From a virus: a stretch of DNA of 64,000 nucleotides. Of this stretch, positions 35,201 to 43,469 are shown in pieces. Positions within the stretch are counted from its first letter, which is position 1; the number at the start of each line of letters is the position of its first letter. The position numbers and the translations under genes are program-made. Under the pieces are notes generated by a model. The model was not told the DNA's origin and did no database searches. It saw only the letters and a list, made by a program, of their open reading frames with translations. The stretch lies in IMG/VR virus record IMGVR_UViG_3300020456_000005; one strand, 5' to 3'.

Positions 35201-38200
35201 TAATTGGTTCTTTTAATAGTACAGATGTACTATCTTCTAGTACAAAGGTTATTAGTCTATTCCTGAATCAAAACTCTTCATATACTAAAGGGGCTACATT
35301 AGAATTTACAGATGGTCTTGGTGCTCCAGTAGCATCTGGCGAAGTACTAGAAACCACAACAAAACAGAACACTGTAAAGATCAAAGTACTTAATGGTTCT
35401 TTTGTTCCATCAGATACATTCTTCTTGAGAAGTTCTGATTTAATCAATACTACTGGATCTAAAATATTAACAACTATAGAACTGAGTGAAGGACTAGTTA
35501 TTTTTGATTTAAAAGATAATGTTGCTATTTTAAAGACAGCAGATGCTCATGGCGTTGCTGAGACTGATATTATTACTATTGATATTAATCCAGATGATGC
35601 AACAACTACTACAACATATTATGTAAGATCCCGAGTATACCAAGAAGCAGTCCTGAAAACGCCTGGTATCACTAGAGTTTTGACGGACGATGGAATTGGA
35701 AAAGTTAGTATATTAAATGGTGGCGAAGATTATACTGCTAACACATATAATGATATTGCGTTATCTGGAGGTTCTGGATCTGGAGCAAAAGCAAATGTTG
35801 TTGTCTCAGCAGAAGGTAGCGTAACATCTATTACATTAACTGATAAAGGTACTGGATATCAATTATTTGATATTTTAACTATCGGTGATACAGCTCTTAG
35901 TAAGACAGATACTACTACACCTACCGTACAGATCAATATTGATCATATTGGTCTTGCTTTATCTGAGACAGTTGTAAATCTTGACAGTAATGTAGGTATT
36001 AATCCTGGTGATAAATTACGTATTGGAAATGAAATTATTACTGTTCTTTCTAGAGTAGTTAATTCAACTACATCAATTAATGTATCTAGAGGAACTGTTC
36101 CATTAAATCATTTTAATGGTGCTTCGGTATCATCTTACAATGCTGGTTATGTTATTTCTGTGGGTACTACAGTAGGAGATGCTAATATCCTTTCTTATAA
36201 TCCTAATACACAAAAAATTGTATTTACATATGATTATGGACAAACAACTAGTACAATTAATCCAATTGATTTAAGTACAGTATTTTTTGATCAAGAACAG
36301 AGACTTGCAGAGGTTGTTTCTGTAGAAGACCCTATTCGCTGTTTTGAATTTTCTTTAGATAATAACTCTTTTACAAGAAATCAATTAATTGATATTAAAG
36401 AAGGATATCGCTACATCTTTGATAGTTCCCATTCATCAATGAGTGATGTTGAGTTTGCTCTTTCACCTAGTAAGAATTTAAATCTAAAAACATTAGAGGC
36501 AATTAGAGGAAATGATACCCTTGATGTTAAATTTGGATTTGGACCAAGAATTGCTACTAACAATTATAACACAAAAGTAGAATCTCCATTTAAAAAGTAT
36601 TTTTACTTTGATAGGTTAAACAATGTTAATTCTGAAGAGGCATTTATCAATGTAATTAATGATCCTTTACAGGGAGATAAGACTGCACTTTATATTACAA
36701 GTGACAGTATTGTTTATGAAACTGGTATACCTGCTACCAATGATGGAAGTGGCACAATCAATTATATTTCACGATCATTATTCTCAGTTGGAGAAATTAA
36801 TGACATTAGGGTAATCAATATTGGTAATGATTATAAGAAAGTTCCTTCTGTATTAGGAATCATACCAACAAATAAAGCTACAGCAACATCCACTATTTCT
36901 AATGGTGAAGTTGTTGGAGTATCTGTAAAAACTAATGGAAGTGGATATTCCAAACCTATTGTTTATGTTGATGGAGATGCGAAATTAAAGGCGATTATAG
37001 ATCAAGGTAAAATCACAGGTATTCAAATTATCAGTTCTGGTTCTGGATATACTACTGCTCCTGAAGTTAAGATTGCAGAATCTGATGTTCAGTGTCTTAT
37101 TAATAGTGATGGCATTGGAGTTCCTAGAAATGTTAATGTCTTTAATCCAGGCGGATCTTTCCATGGAGATGATACTTTATCATCTACATTTAGATCTAAC
37201 TATATTCTATCACTATCTAATTTTGATCCCGATTCTTTTGCGATTGGAGAGACTATCGTTCAAAGGATTAATGGTGTAGAAGTAGCAAGAGCTAGAATAA
37301 CATTTTTTAGATCTGGTAGATTAAGTGTTGATAGAGTATCTGGAGTTTTTAGGAAGAATAAAGAAATTCAAGGTCTTGCTAGAAATAAAACTGCAATTTT
37401 AAAAAATATTAGTTATACTGAGTTTTCTCCTCAAATTACTACTTACTACGATAATCAAGGATATTTCCAATCTGACAGTGGAAAAGTTAGTGATCAAAAC
37501 CAAAGACTCACAGATTCATTCTATTATCAAGATTATTCATATCTGGTTAAATCAAAGACTTCTATTGATACTTGGAGATCATTAATCAAGTCAACAACAC
37601 ATCCTGCTGGATTTAAAGTTTTTGGTGAGGTATTACTTGAAACTTCATCAAATGCTGCGATGAATAGTAATAGTACATTTACTTCTACAAGTATTGTACA
37701 AGTTTGGAATCCAGATGTAAATAAAGTCTCTGTAATCAGCACTAAGAAAAATATTACTCAAAGTATTGTTCTCATGGATACTTTGAAAGTTGAAAGAGGC
37801 GTTGGTTCTGTATCCAAAGAAACATTTAATACTTCTGAAATTATTTCTGGTGAAGTTTATCTCACAGAATCTTTTGATGGTAATTTTGGAGATAAAGGAA
37901 ATCTACAAGGAAAAACGGTTTTCAATATTGTTGATGTAAATGGTAATAGCATCATACCTTATAATGAGCAGGCATTAACAATTACTCTTGATGGTATATT
38001 ACAAGAACCTGGTATTGCATACACCGTAAATAACGATAAGATTACTTTTGCTGACCCACCTATCGGACCAACTACTAAAGATGGTCAATCTGTTCCTGGT
38101 GTTTTATTCTATGGAAGAAGATTCCAATTTAAGTCAGACACTCTAAATCAGAAATATCTTAAAAAGATTAAAAATATTTTCCAGCGTTCTGGTACATGGA

Positions 38201-41200
38201 TAGACGCTGCAAATCAAATTAATCAAAATAGAAGGTTTATACAATCTGAAACTCTAGGTTATATTAAATCAAGATATACATCAATTCCATGGACTAATTT
38301 AAGTGAAAAGTGTTATCGTGACATTGGTCTCATATTAGACGCATTAGAACATGACTTAAGATTTGGTGGCAATCAGAAAACTTTATTTGCCGTTGAAAAA
38401 TATTTCAATGCTGGAGTTCTTGATTATATTTCTGGAGAACTAGAGGCAACTATTGATGCATTTGATTATGCAGTACGTTTATGTAAACTAGCAGCTAGAA
38501 ATTGGGATTACTCAGATCGTCAAGTATCTTGGACTCCAGGTACTAATAAAGTTACGTTATCTAATACTGACAATGTGGCAATTGGTATGAAGGTAAGTGC
38601 TGGAAGAGCATTCCCTGCAGGAACTATCATTACTGACATCATTGATAAGAGAACTATTCAGGTAAGTAATGAATCTGTAGACATAACACCAGATCCATCT
38701 GGTAATGCAGATATGTCGTTTATTTGGAGTGGATTAAATGTTGGTACTTACTTTGATGCATCAACATTAATTCATAAAAATAAATCAAGTATGATTACAT
38801 CTACAATTGATGCAATCAATACAAAGTATCTTGCTCTTGCTGCTACTAACTATGATACAAAGTGTGCTAGAGATCTTGGGTTATTAGTTGATGCTGTAGT
38901 TTATAGTTTGAAGTACGGCGGCAATAGAAAAATTGTAGAATTTGCTGAAAGTTATTTTATTGATGGAGATCTTAATTTCATTAAGAATGAACTTAATGAA
39001 ACAGTCTATGCACATAAGGTATTGCGTGACCTAATGATTGCTGCAATGAGAAATCAGGGTGATGTAACAGATGATAGTATTCGTATTGATTCATCATCAC
39101 CAGCATGTGCTGAGGTTGCTAGTTCCATTACAACTTATATTGATATTATTGAATCTATTTTAGAAGGTGGTCCTGATAGAGTAGATACTGTTGAACAAAA
39201 TGCAAACTCTACAGGATATTGGACTACGTTTATTTCGTATTCAAATTATAATATTCTTCCAGATCCTTTACTACTAACTGAATTAAAAGAATGTGAAGAA
39301 GTAGCTTCTGCATTAGATTCACTATTTGAAAATGTAAGGCAAACATTAACTACTGGTCCAGAAACTGCGTCTCTATCATATCCAGACTATATTAATGGAG
39401 AAAATACAATATTTGAATTGTATTATGAAGATGGTACACCTGTTGACACTGAAGCAAACGAAAATCTGTTTATTGCACTAAGTGGTGTATTGCAACATGA
39501 TCCTGCGTACACTATTGATAGAACATCTGTACCAAACAAGGTTGTGTTTGATACTCCTCCTATTTGGGGACAAGGAGAGAATACGAAAACTGTTCAGGAA
39601 CCTCTAGCAGTTGAAAAATTCTTTGCACATGGAGTAGGTAACTATCTCAGATGTGAAATTGAAAAGTCTGGTATATTAGATGGTTCTGGGGGACCATTCC
39701 TAATTTTAAATTCTAGTAATAAAAAAGTTCAAACTGTTGATGATCCTAGGTTTGCTTTTGTATTCATAGATGGTATTCTTCAGCGTGATGGTGTTTCTTA
39801 TACAATCACAGGACCTGCAATTAGATTTACTAGAAAAATCTTTAGAGAAAACAATATTGAAATTATACTATTATATGGTAGAGATATTGACCAGACTGTA
39901 ACTCTATTTGATTTCCAGAGAAATACTTATTATAATGAAATTAAATTAACTTGTGATGCAGGATCACCAAATAATTTTATTGATTGGGTTTCTTGGTTCA
40001 ATACTTCATATGATAAATTCCAAGTTGCTTATCAAAAGGTTGGAAATGTTAAGAAGTTTATTGGTAATCTAAAATCCTATACTACAACTGATCAAACCTT
40101 AGTTATTACATTAGCTGGAAATAATCCTGATGTAGATGCTAGTAATATTTTCTTTGCAGGAGATTCTAATTTTTCGGATGAGTATGAGTTATCTGGAACT
40201 ACGAATACTGTAGAAGTTGTTAGAGATTCTGATAACGACTATAGAATGCAAAGAAACTCTGGTAATTGGTTATATGGAACTCCACGTGCAGATGAGTCTT
40301 TCTATGAAAGAAAACGTCTCCTTGCTAATTTAAATGCAAAAGATGTTATTAGAATTGATGGTGAGAAAGAGTTTAGAACTATTAACGAGTTACCAAGATA
40401 CACAAATCCTAAAAATTATAATGCTGGAGAGGATGTATCAAATACTTTCTTTGGTTCTGTAACTACCACTAATTACAATGGTGATGTAAGTGGTGTAGGT
40501 CTTAGTGTTACCTGTGAAATTGAAAATGGTAGCGTTTCTGCATTATTGTGGAATAAAAAGGATTTACAACTGTTATATGATGAAGGAATTATACAACCAA
40601 CTACGGCATATGGTTATGACTCTCCTCCTATTTTACATTTCATTCCTGTAAATCAAGAGGGTGGAGGAGCAAGAGCGGAAGTAGTTGTATCTAATGGTCA
40701 AATTATTGATATTGTACTAACTAAAAAAGGATCTGGATATACTGAACCACCAAGAGTAGTTACTGCAAGGTCTTACGATATAATTAAAGGTACTGGTAGA
40801 AAAATTGATACATTCCATACTCTTGGAATTGGAACTCAAATTGGTCAGAGTTCTCCTGTTGCTGTAGCAACATTTATTGATAAACTCAAAGGAGTTGATT
40901 TACCAGTTGTTACTATTGATCCTTCCGTAACAATTCCATCTGGATATGATGTAACGCTAATAATTCAAAAGAGTATTGATACTGCTCCTCTGTTCAATGT
41001 CTCTCGTGAATATAGATTCTTCAATCCATTTGCAGGATCTTCTTCTATTGCGGGACCTACCACACAGGTAGATGCGGACATTATGCTTATTATTGAACCT
41101 AAATTAGTATCAGATACTATTGTAGTTTCACTTGAAATTGATATAACTGAGTATCTTGAGGTTGGATTCTCTATGTGGTCTCCAGATCTTGAGAACTTAA

Positions 41201-41628
41201 CGTTCTTCAATAATATTAATCATTGGGAGAATAGTATATACATGGATCTTGGAGATATTGTTGCTCCAAGTGGTGATCCAGTGTCGGAAGTTCAACTTGC
41301 TGAACTAGAACCATACGAAATTACTTCTGACGGTTCTTCTTCTTCCGCGTATCCATTTAACCTAGGATACTCCTCAATTAACTATTATATGTCTCAACTA
41401 GATACTTCAGATCTACCTAATATAGGCAATCCTTCGTATCTTGCTACTGGTGAGGTAGTCTATGCAAATACAGCAAGATTCCCGTCATCAGGAACCATTT
41501 TGATTGGTGGTGAAAAGATTTCCTACACCTCTAAGATGGCGGATCGTTTTCTTAATTGCACAAGAGGCGCGGACGGGTCACCCGTTTCATCGCATACAGT
41601 AGGAGACTACTTAAGAAACGCCCTATAA
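32275..41628 (+). CDS. gp7: Giant baseplate wedge initiator gp7 (3117 aa) with inserted domains
   Basis: Between gp6 and gp8. ISFLVESQLPDFI..FVRKYYE, LIKNISSFYRSKGT and DSFYYQDYSYLVKS..HPAGFKVFG. Contains YHYH-like and phycobiliprotein-like inserts. Confidence 0.85.
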   Translation: MLKTANKISFLVESQLPDFINEEYELFSKFVRKYYEQLELQGQPVDIITNLETYRDIDFYEKNVLKQSTTITGNLSSNADVINVVDAASFPKSGYIKIDDEICFYGNRTETSFLEVSRGVSGNTTLGDLYKSSTFVTTQSSTHVNGSTVQNISNLFLYALVKSFEDQYLADFPEAYLKEGVDKRTLIKNISSFYRSKGTDNSIKFLFKCLVEEDPNPEIAYPRDFTLKSSESNWIQSYALRVKIISGEPNNLIGKRIVQNVEGNYASAVVDNVKYSGTYDGEALYDIILNEQSVNGTFEKSLKTVLTSPIVGSLTVGDRVNVFSTMGWGKKGSFSIGLETFTFEEKNVNQFIIKTRSGTGSHQSGESVTYNLEVTSDDVKLQVFGILYGLQNVIESPYSNVGESVEISESGFLTDDIRINDTQNNLRWVDSTGVAAIADLNPNVSAIFEDGEGYYIASSGFPSHAIGTLPSDAQDQKLLKIIRKHPIQTTEVYKTLYRDIGVAVNGIPFLSYKDEEVVNSGALQSVAITSRGAGYNKPPFVLIDGVSDLARTKLAGQVVESVVIDTPGNYTAVPTIEILSGRNAQARAVVTNGEITSIVVENEGEYYSSAPEVRITDSAGRGRFATYRAVVTTAGTIDRFEKINGGSLYSQENVQVDIIAVGSGATGTASIRQWRKDKFYKNESSLDSENGYFFPNYVTNRGSGYAYYAAPSTIRSGDTGVNHSPIIGFAYDGNPIYGPFGHQNPLDSQSLIVRMTSSYSKNNVRSGGPLVSQYPIGTFIDDYTFVAEYGSLDQNNGRYCVTPDYPEGTYAYFVTLDNQNDPVFPYILGDNYYSLPVDSNYNSELSQDDIPKTARRLRTSGITRNGQSALAKIADVKRGSISSVSITGSTSNFSVGSELIIDDSDTDGFGASAEVSSVKGRQVSSIESQDIKSLFIELKTTAYLFDGDIITQSNTGATGQIVGDVFSSTKFALRNVIGSFNSTDVLSSSTKVISLFLNQNSSYTKGATLEFTDGLGAPVASGEVLETTTKQNTVKIKVLNGSFVPSDTFFLRSSDLINTTGSKILTTIELSEGLVIFDLKDNVAILKTADAHGVAETDIITIDINPDDATTTTTYYVRSRVYQEAVLKTPGITRVLTDDGIGKVSILNGGEDYTANTYNDIALSGGSGSGAKANVVVSAEGSVTSITLTDKGTGYQLFDILTIGDTALSKTDTTTPTVQINIDHIGLALSETVVNLDSNVGINPGDKLRIGNEIITVLSRVVNSTTSINVSRGTVPLNHFNGASVSSYNAGYVISVGTTVGDANILSYNPNTQKIVFTYDYGQTTSTINPIDLSTVFFDQEQRLAEVVSVEDPIRCFEFSLDNNSFTRNQLIDIKEGYRYIFDSSHSSMSDVEFALSPSKNLNLKTLEAIRGNDTLDVKFGFGPRIATNNYNTKVESPFKKYFYFDRLNNVNSEEAFINVINDPLQGDKTALYITSDSIVYETGIPATNDGSGTINYISRSLFSVGEINDIRVINIGNDYKKVPSVLGIIPTNKATATSTISNGEVVGVSVKTNGSGYSKPIVYVDGDAKLKAIIDQGKITGIQIISSGSGYTTAPEVKIAESDVQCLINSDGIGVPRNVNVFNPGGSFHGDDTLSSTFRSNYILSLSNFDPDSFAIGETIVQRINGVEVARARITFFRSGRLSVDRVSGVFRKNKEIQGLARNKTAILKNISYTEFSPQITTYYDNQGYFQSDSGKVSDQNQRLTDSFYYQDYSYLVKSKTSIDTWRSLIKSTTHPAGFKVFGEVLLETSSNAAMNSNSTFTSTSIVQVWNPDVNKVSVISTKKNITQSIVLMDTLKVERGVGSVSKETFNTSEIISGEVYLTESFDGNFGDKGNLQGKTVFNIVDVNGNSIIPYNEQALTITLDGILQEPGIAYTVNNDKITFADPPIGPTTKDGQSVPGVLFYGRRFQFKSDTLNQKYLKKIKNIFQRSGTWIDAANQINQNRRFIQSETLGYIKSRYTSIPWTNLSEKCYRDIGLILDALEHDLRFGGNQKTLFAVEKYFNAGVLDYISGELEATIDAFDYAVRLCKLAARNWDYSDRQVSWTPGTNKVTLSNTDNVAIGMKVSAGRAFPAGTIITDIIDKRTIQVSNESVDITPDPSGNADMSFIWSGLNVGTYFDASTLIHKNKSSMITSTIDAINTKYLALAATNYDTKCARDLGLLVDAVVYSLKYGGNRKIVEFAESYFIDGDLNFIKNELNETVYAHKVLRDLMIAAMRNQGDVTDDSIRIDSSSPACAEVASSITTYIDIIESILEGGPDRVDTVEQNANSTGYWTTFISYSNYNILPDPLLLTELKECEEVASALDSLFENVRQTLTTGPETASLSYPDYINGENTIFELYYEDGTPVDTEANENLFIALSGVLQHDPAYTIDRTSVPNKVVFDTPPIWGQGENTKTVQEPLAVEKFFAHGVGNYLRCEIEKSGILDGSGGPFLILNSSNKKVQTVDDPRFAFVFIDGILQRDGVSYTITGPAIRFTRKIFRENNIEIILLYGRDIDQTVTLFDFQRNTYYNEIKLTCDAGSPNNFIDWVSWFNTSYDKFQVAYQKVGNVKKFIGNLKSYTTTDQTLVITLAGNNPDVDASNIFFAGDSNFSDEYELSGTTNTVEVVRDSDNDYRMQRNSGNWLYGTPRADESFYERKRLLANLNAKDVIRIDGEKEFRTINELPRYTNPKNYNAGEDVSNTFFGSVTTTNYNGDVSGVGLSVTCEIENGSVSALLWNKKDLQLLYDEGIIQPTTAYGYDSPPILHFIPVNQEGGGARAEVVVSNGQIIDIVLTKKGSGYTEPPRVVTARSYDIIKGTGRKIDTFHTLGIGTQIGQSSPVAVATFIDKLKGVDLPVVTIDPSVTIPSGYDVTLIIQKSIDTAPLFNVSREYRFFNPFAGSSSIAGPTTQVDADIMLIIEPKLVSDTIVVSLEIDITEYLEVGFSMWSPDLENLTFFNNINHWENSIYMDLGDIVAPSGDPVSEVQLAELEPYEITSDGSSSSAYPFNLGYSSINYYMSQLDTSDLPNIGNPSYLATGEVVYANTARFPSSGTILIGGEKISYTSKMADRFLNCTRGADGSPVSSHTVGDYLRNAL

Positions 41629-41641
41629 ATAAATATAAATA
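41624..41641 (+). promoter_or_regulatory. Tandem late promoters TATAAATA
   Basis: Perfect T4 late consensus at 41624-31 and 41634-41, upstream of gp8. Confidence 0.85.
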
Positions 41642-41677
41642 ACTCGGATTCAGTCTTACTATACAGGCACTAGTGCT

Positions 41678-43444
41678 ATGGCAGCTATTATTTCAGAAAA
41701 ATTTAGAATCTTCAATGCGAAGCAATTTCTAGAATCTTTAACAGAAGGTACGAACGATGCAGATGCAGCGCGTACCCGAATGTATTTCTTCGTTGGAAGA
41801 TCCTCTAAGTGGGATGCTTACCTAGAAATCTTTAATGTAAGTGGAACATTCCAAGTTGGAGAAACTGTAAGCGGTGGTGGATGGAGTGGCGTAGTTGCTG
41901 CTGTATATTCTAACAGTGTACTGCTTAACACTATCTTACCAACACCAACTACTACTCCAGCGTTTGGAACAACGGTTACTGGCGGAACTAGTGGTGCTAC
42001 TGCTAAGAGTGGTGTATACAGATATGGTACGGAAGATGTACCTCCAATGCCACTAGACAACTTCTCTGAGAAGAGATCTGTATATGAAGAACTGATTGCT
42101 GCCAAGAGAGTCACTGGTCCATTTGCACGCCTTGTAGTTCCCCGTTACAACTGGAACCTTGCGCTGAATCCCAAGTTTGATATGTACCGTCCAAACTACT
42201 CCCCAACTCCAGGTGGTGGCGGAGCTATTGGTGTTGAAACTGCACTAGGATCTAGTTCACTATCTAATTCCAAGTTTTATGTAATGAACGCTACTTACGA
42301 AGTGTTCAAATGCCTATACAACGGCGAATCACCAGCAAATCCAACTGGTCAAAACGCTACTTACGAACCAAAGTCACAACCTTCTGCTGGACAAGGAACA
42401 TTTGATGCTGCTACTGGGTTGTATACCGAACCATCAGGAACTGCTGGTTATATTTGGAAGCACATGTTTACACTTCCTACAGCAGACGTTCTTTCATTCC
42501 TTTCTTCTGACTTTATGCCTATTGCCTCTTCAGGTGATGCATCAAGAACTGCAGTTGAAGCACTTGCTGTTGCTGGTTCCATTAATGTATCAGTAATTCG
42601 TGATGCTGGTGTTGCACTTCCTGCATCATCTACTTTGTATACTGCTGTTCAAGGAGATGGTAACGGAGCAATTGTTAAACTAGAGACTGATGGTTCTGGA
42701 ACTATTACAGGCACCGAAATGTATGCTGCTGGTAGTGGTTATACTTATGCTAACGTTATTCTTCAAACTGGAACAGTATTTACTGACACTGGTCTAACTG
42801 CAGCTGCTGGTGCATTTGCAGGAACTGCATCTATTGAGGCAGTTATTTCTCCAGAAGGTGGTCATGGTTCTCATGCAGAAGATGAGTTGTTCTCTAAGCG
42901 TGTGATGACCAATATTCGTCTTACCTATGATGAAGGTCAAGGAGACTTCCCAGTAGATAACGATTTCCGTCGCATTGGTATCATTCAAGACCCATATGAG
43001 TATGGTACTACTACCTTTGCTTCCGCAAGTACTCTACGTGGTACAAATGTACTAAAAATTAATGGTGCTACTGCTGACTATGTTTCAGATGAGGTAATTA
43101 CTCAAACTGTAACTGGTGGAACTGCGAAAGGAACCGTAGTATCATGGGATGCTACTAATGGTATTCTAAAGTATTATCAATCTGCTTCTACTGACACCGA
43201 TGGCGGTAAAGTTTTAGCGTTTGAATCTAATGCTTCAAATGCTGTTGTTGGTTCTACTTCCACTGCTTCTGGAACCGTAGATACTTCCCAAAATGCAGTT
43301 CTTTCCGATATCTCCTTTACAGGTGGCATGGCAGCGCCAGAATTAGAACCAAACTCTGGAGAAATCGTATACATAGAGAATAGAAGAGAGATTACTAGAG
43401 CTCCTGATCAAATTGAGGACATTAAACTAGTAATTGAATTCTGA
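41678..43444 (+). CDS. gp8: Baseplate wedge subunit gp8
   Basis: MAAIISEKFRIFNA..FYVMN..YEVFKCLYN..GYIWKHMFT..YIENRR.ITRA.DQIEDIKLVIEF. Confidence 0.92.
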   Translation: MAAIISEKFRIFNAKQFLESLTEGTNDADAARTRMYFFVGRSSKWDAYLEIFNVSGTFQVGETVSGGGWSGVVAAVYSNSVLLNTILPTPTTTPAFGTTVTGGTSGATAKSGVYRYGTEDVPPMPLDNFSEKRSVYEELIAAKRVTGPFARLVVPRYNWNLALNPKFDMYRPNYSPTPGGGGAIGVETALGSSSLSNSKFYVMNATYEVFKCLYNGESPANPTGQNATYEPKSQPSAGQGTFDAATGLYTEPSGTAGYIWKHMFTLPTADVLSFLSSDFMPIASSGDASRTAVEALAVAGSINVSVIRDAGVALPASSTLYTAVQGDGNGAIVKLETDGSGTITGTEMYAAGSGYTYANVILQTGTVFTDTGLTAAAGAFAGTASIEAVISPEGGHGSHAEDELFSKRVMTNIRLTYDEGQGDFPVDNDFRRIGIIQDPYEYGTTTFASASTLRGTNVLKINGATADYVSDEVITQTVTGGTAKGTVVSWDATNGILKYYQSASTDTDGGKVLAFESNASNAVVGSTSTASGTVDTSQNAVLSDISFTGGMAAPELEPNSGEIVYIENRREITRAPDQIEDIKLVIEF

Positions 43445-43469
43445 TCAGTTGATTTAGAGATCGTGCGAG

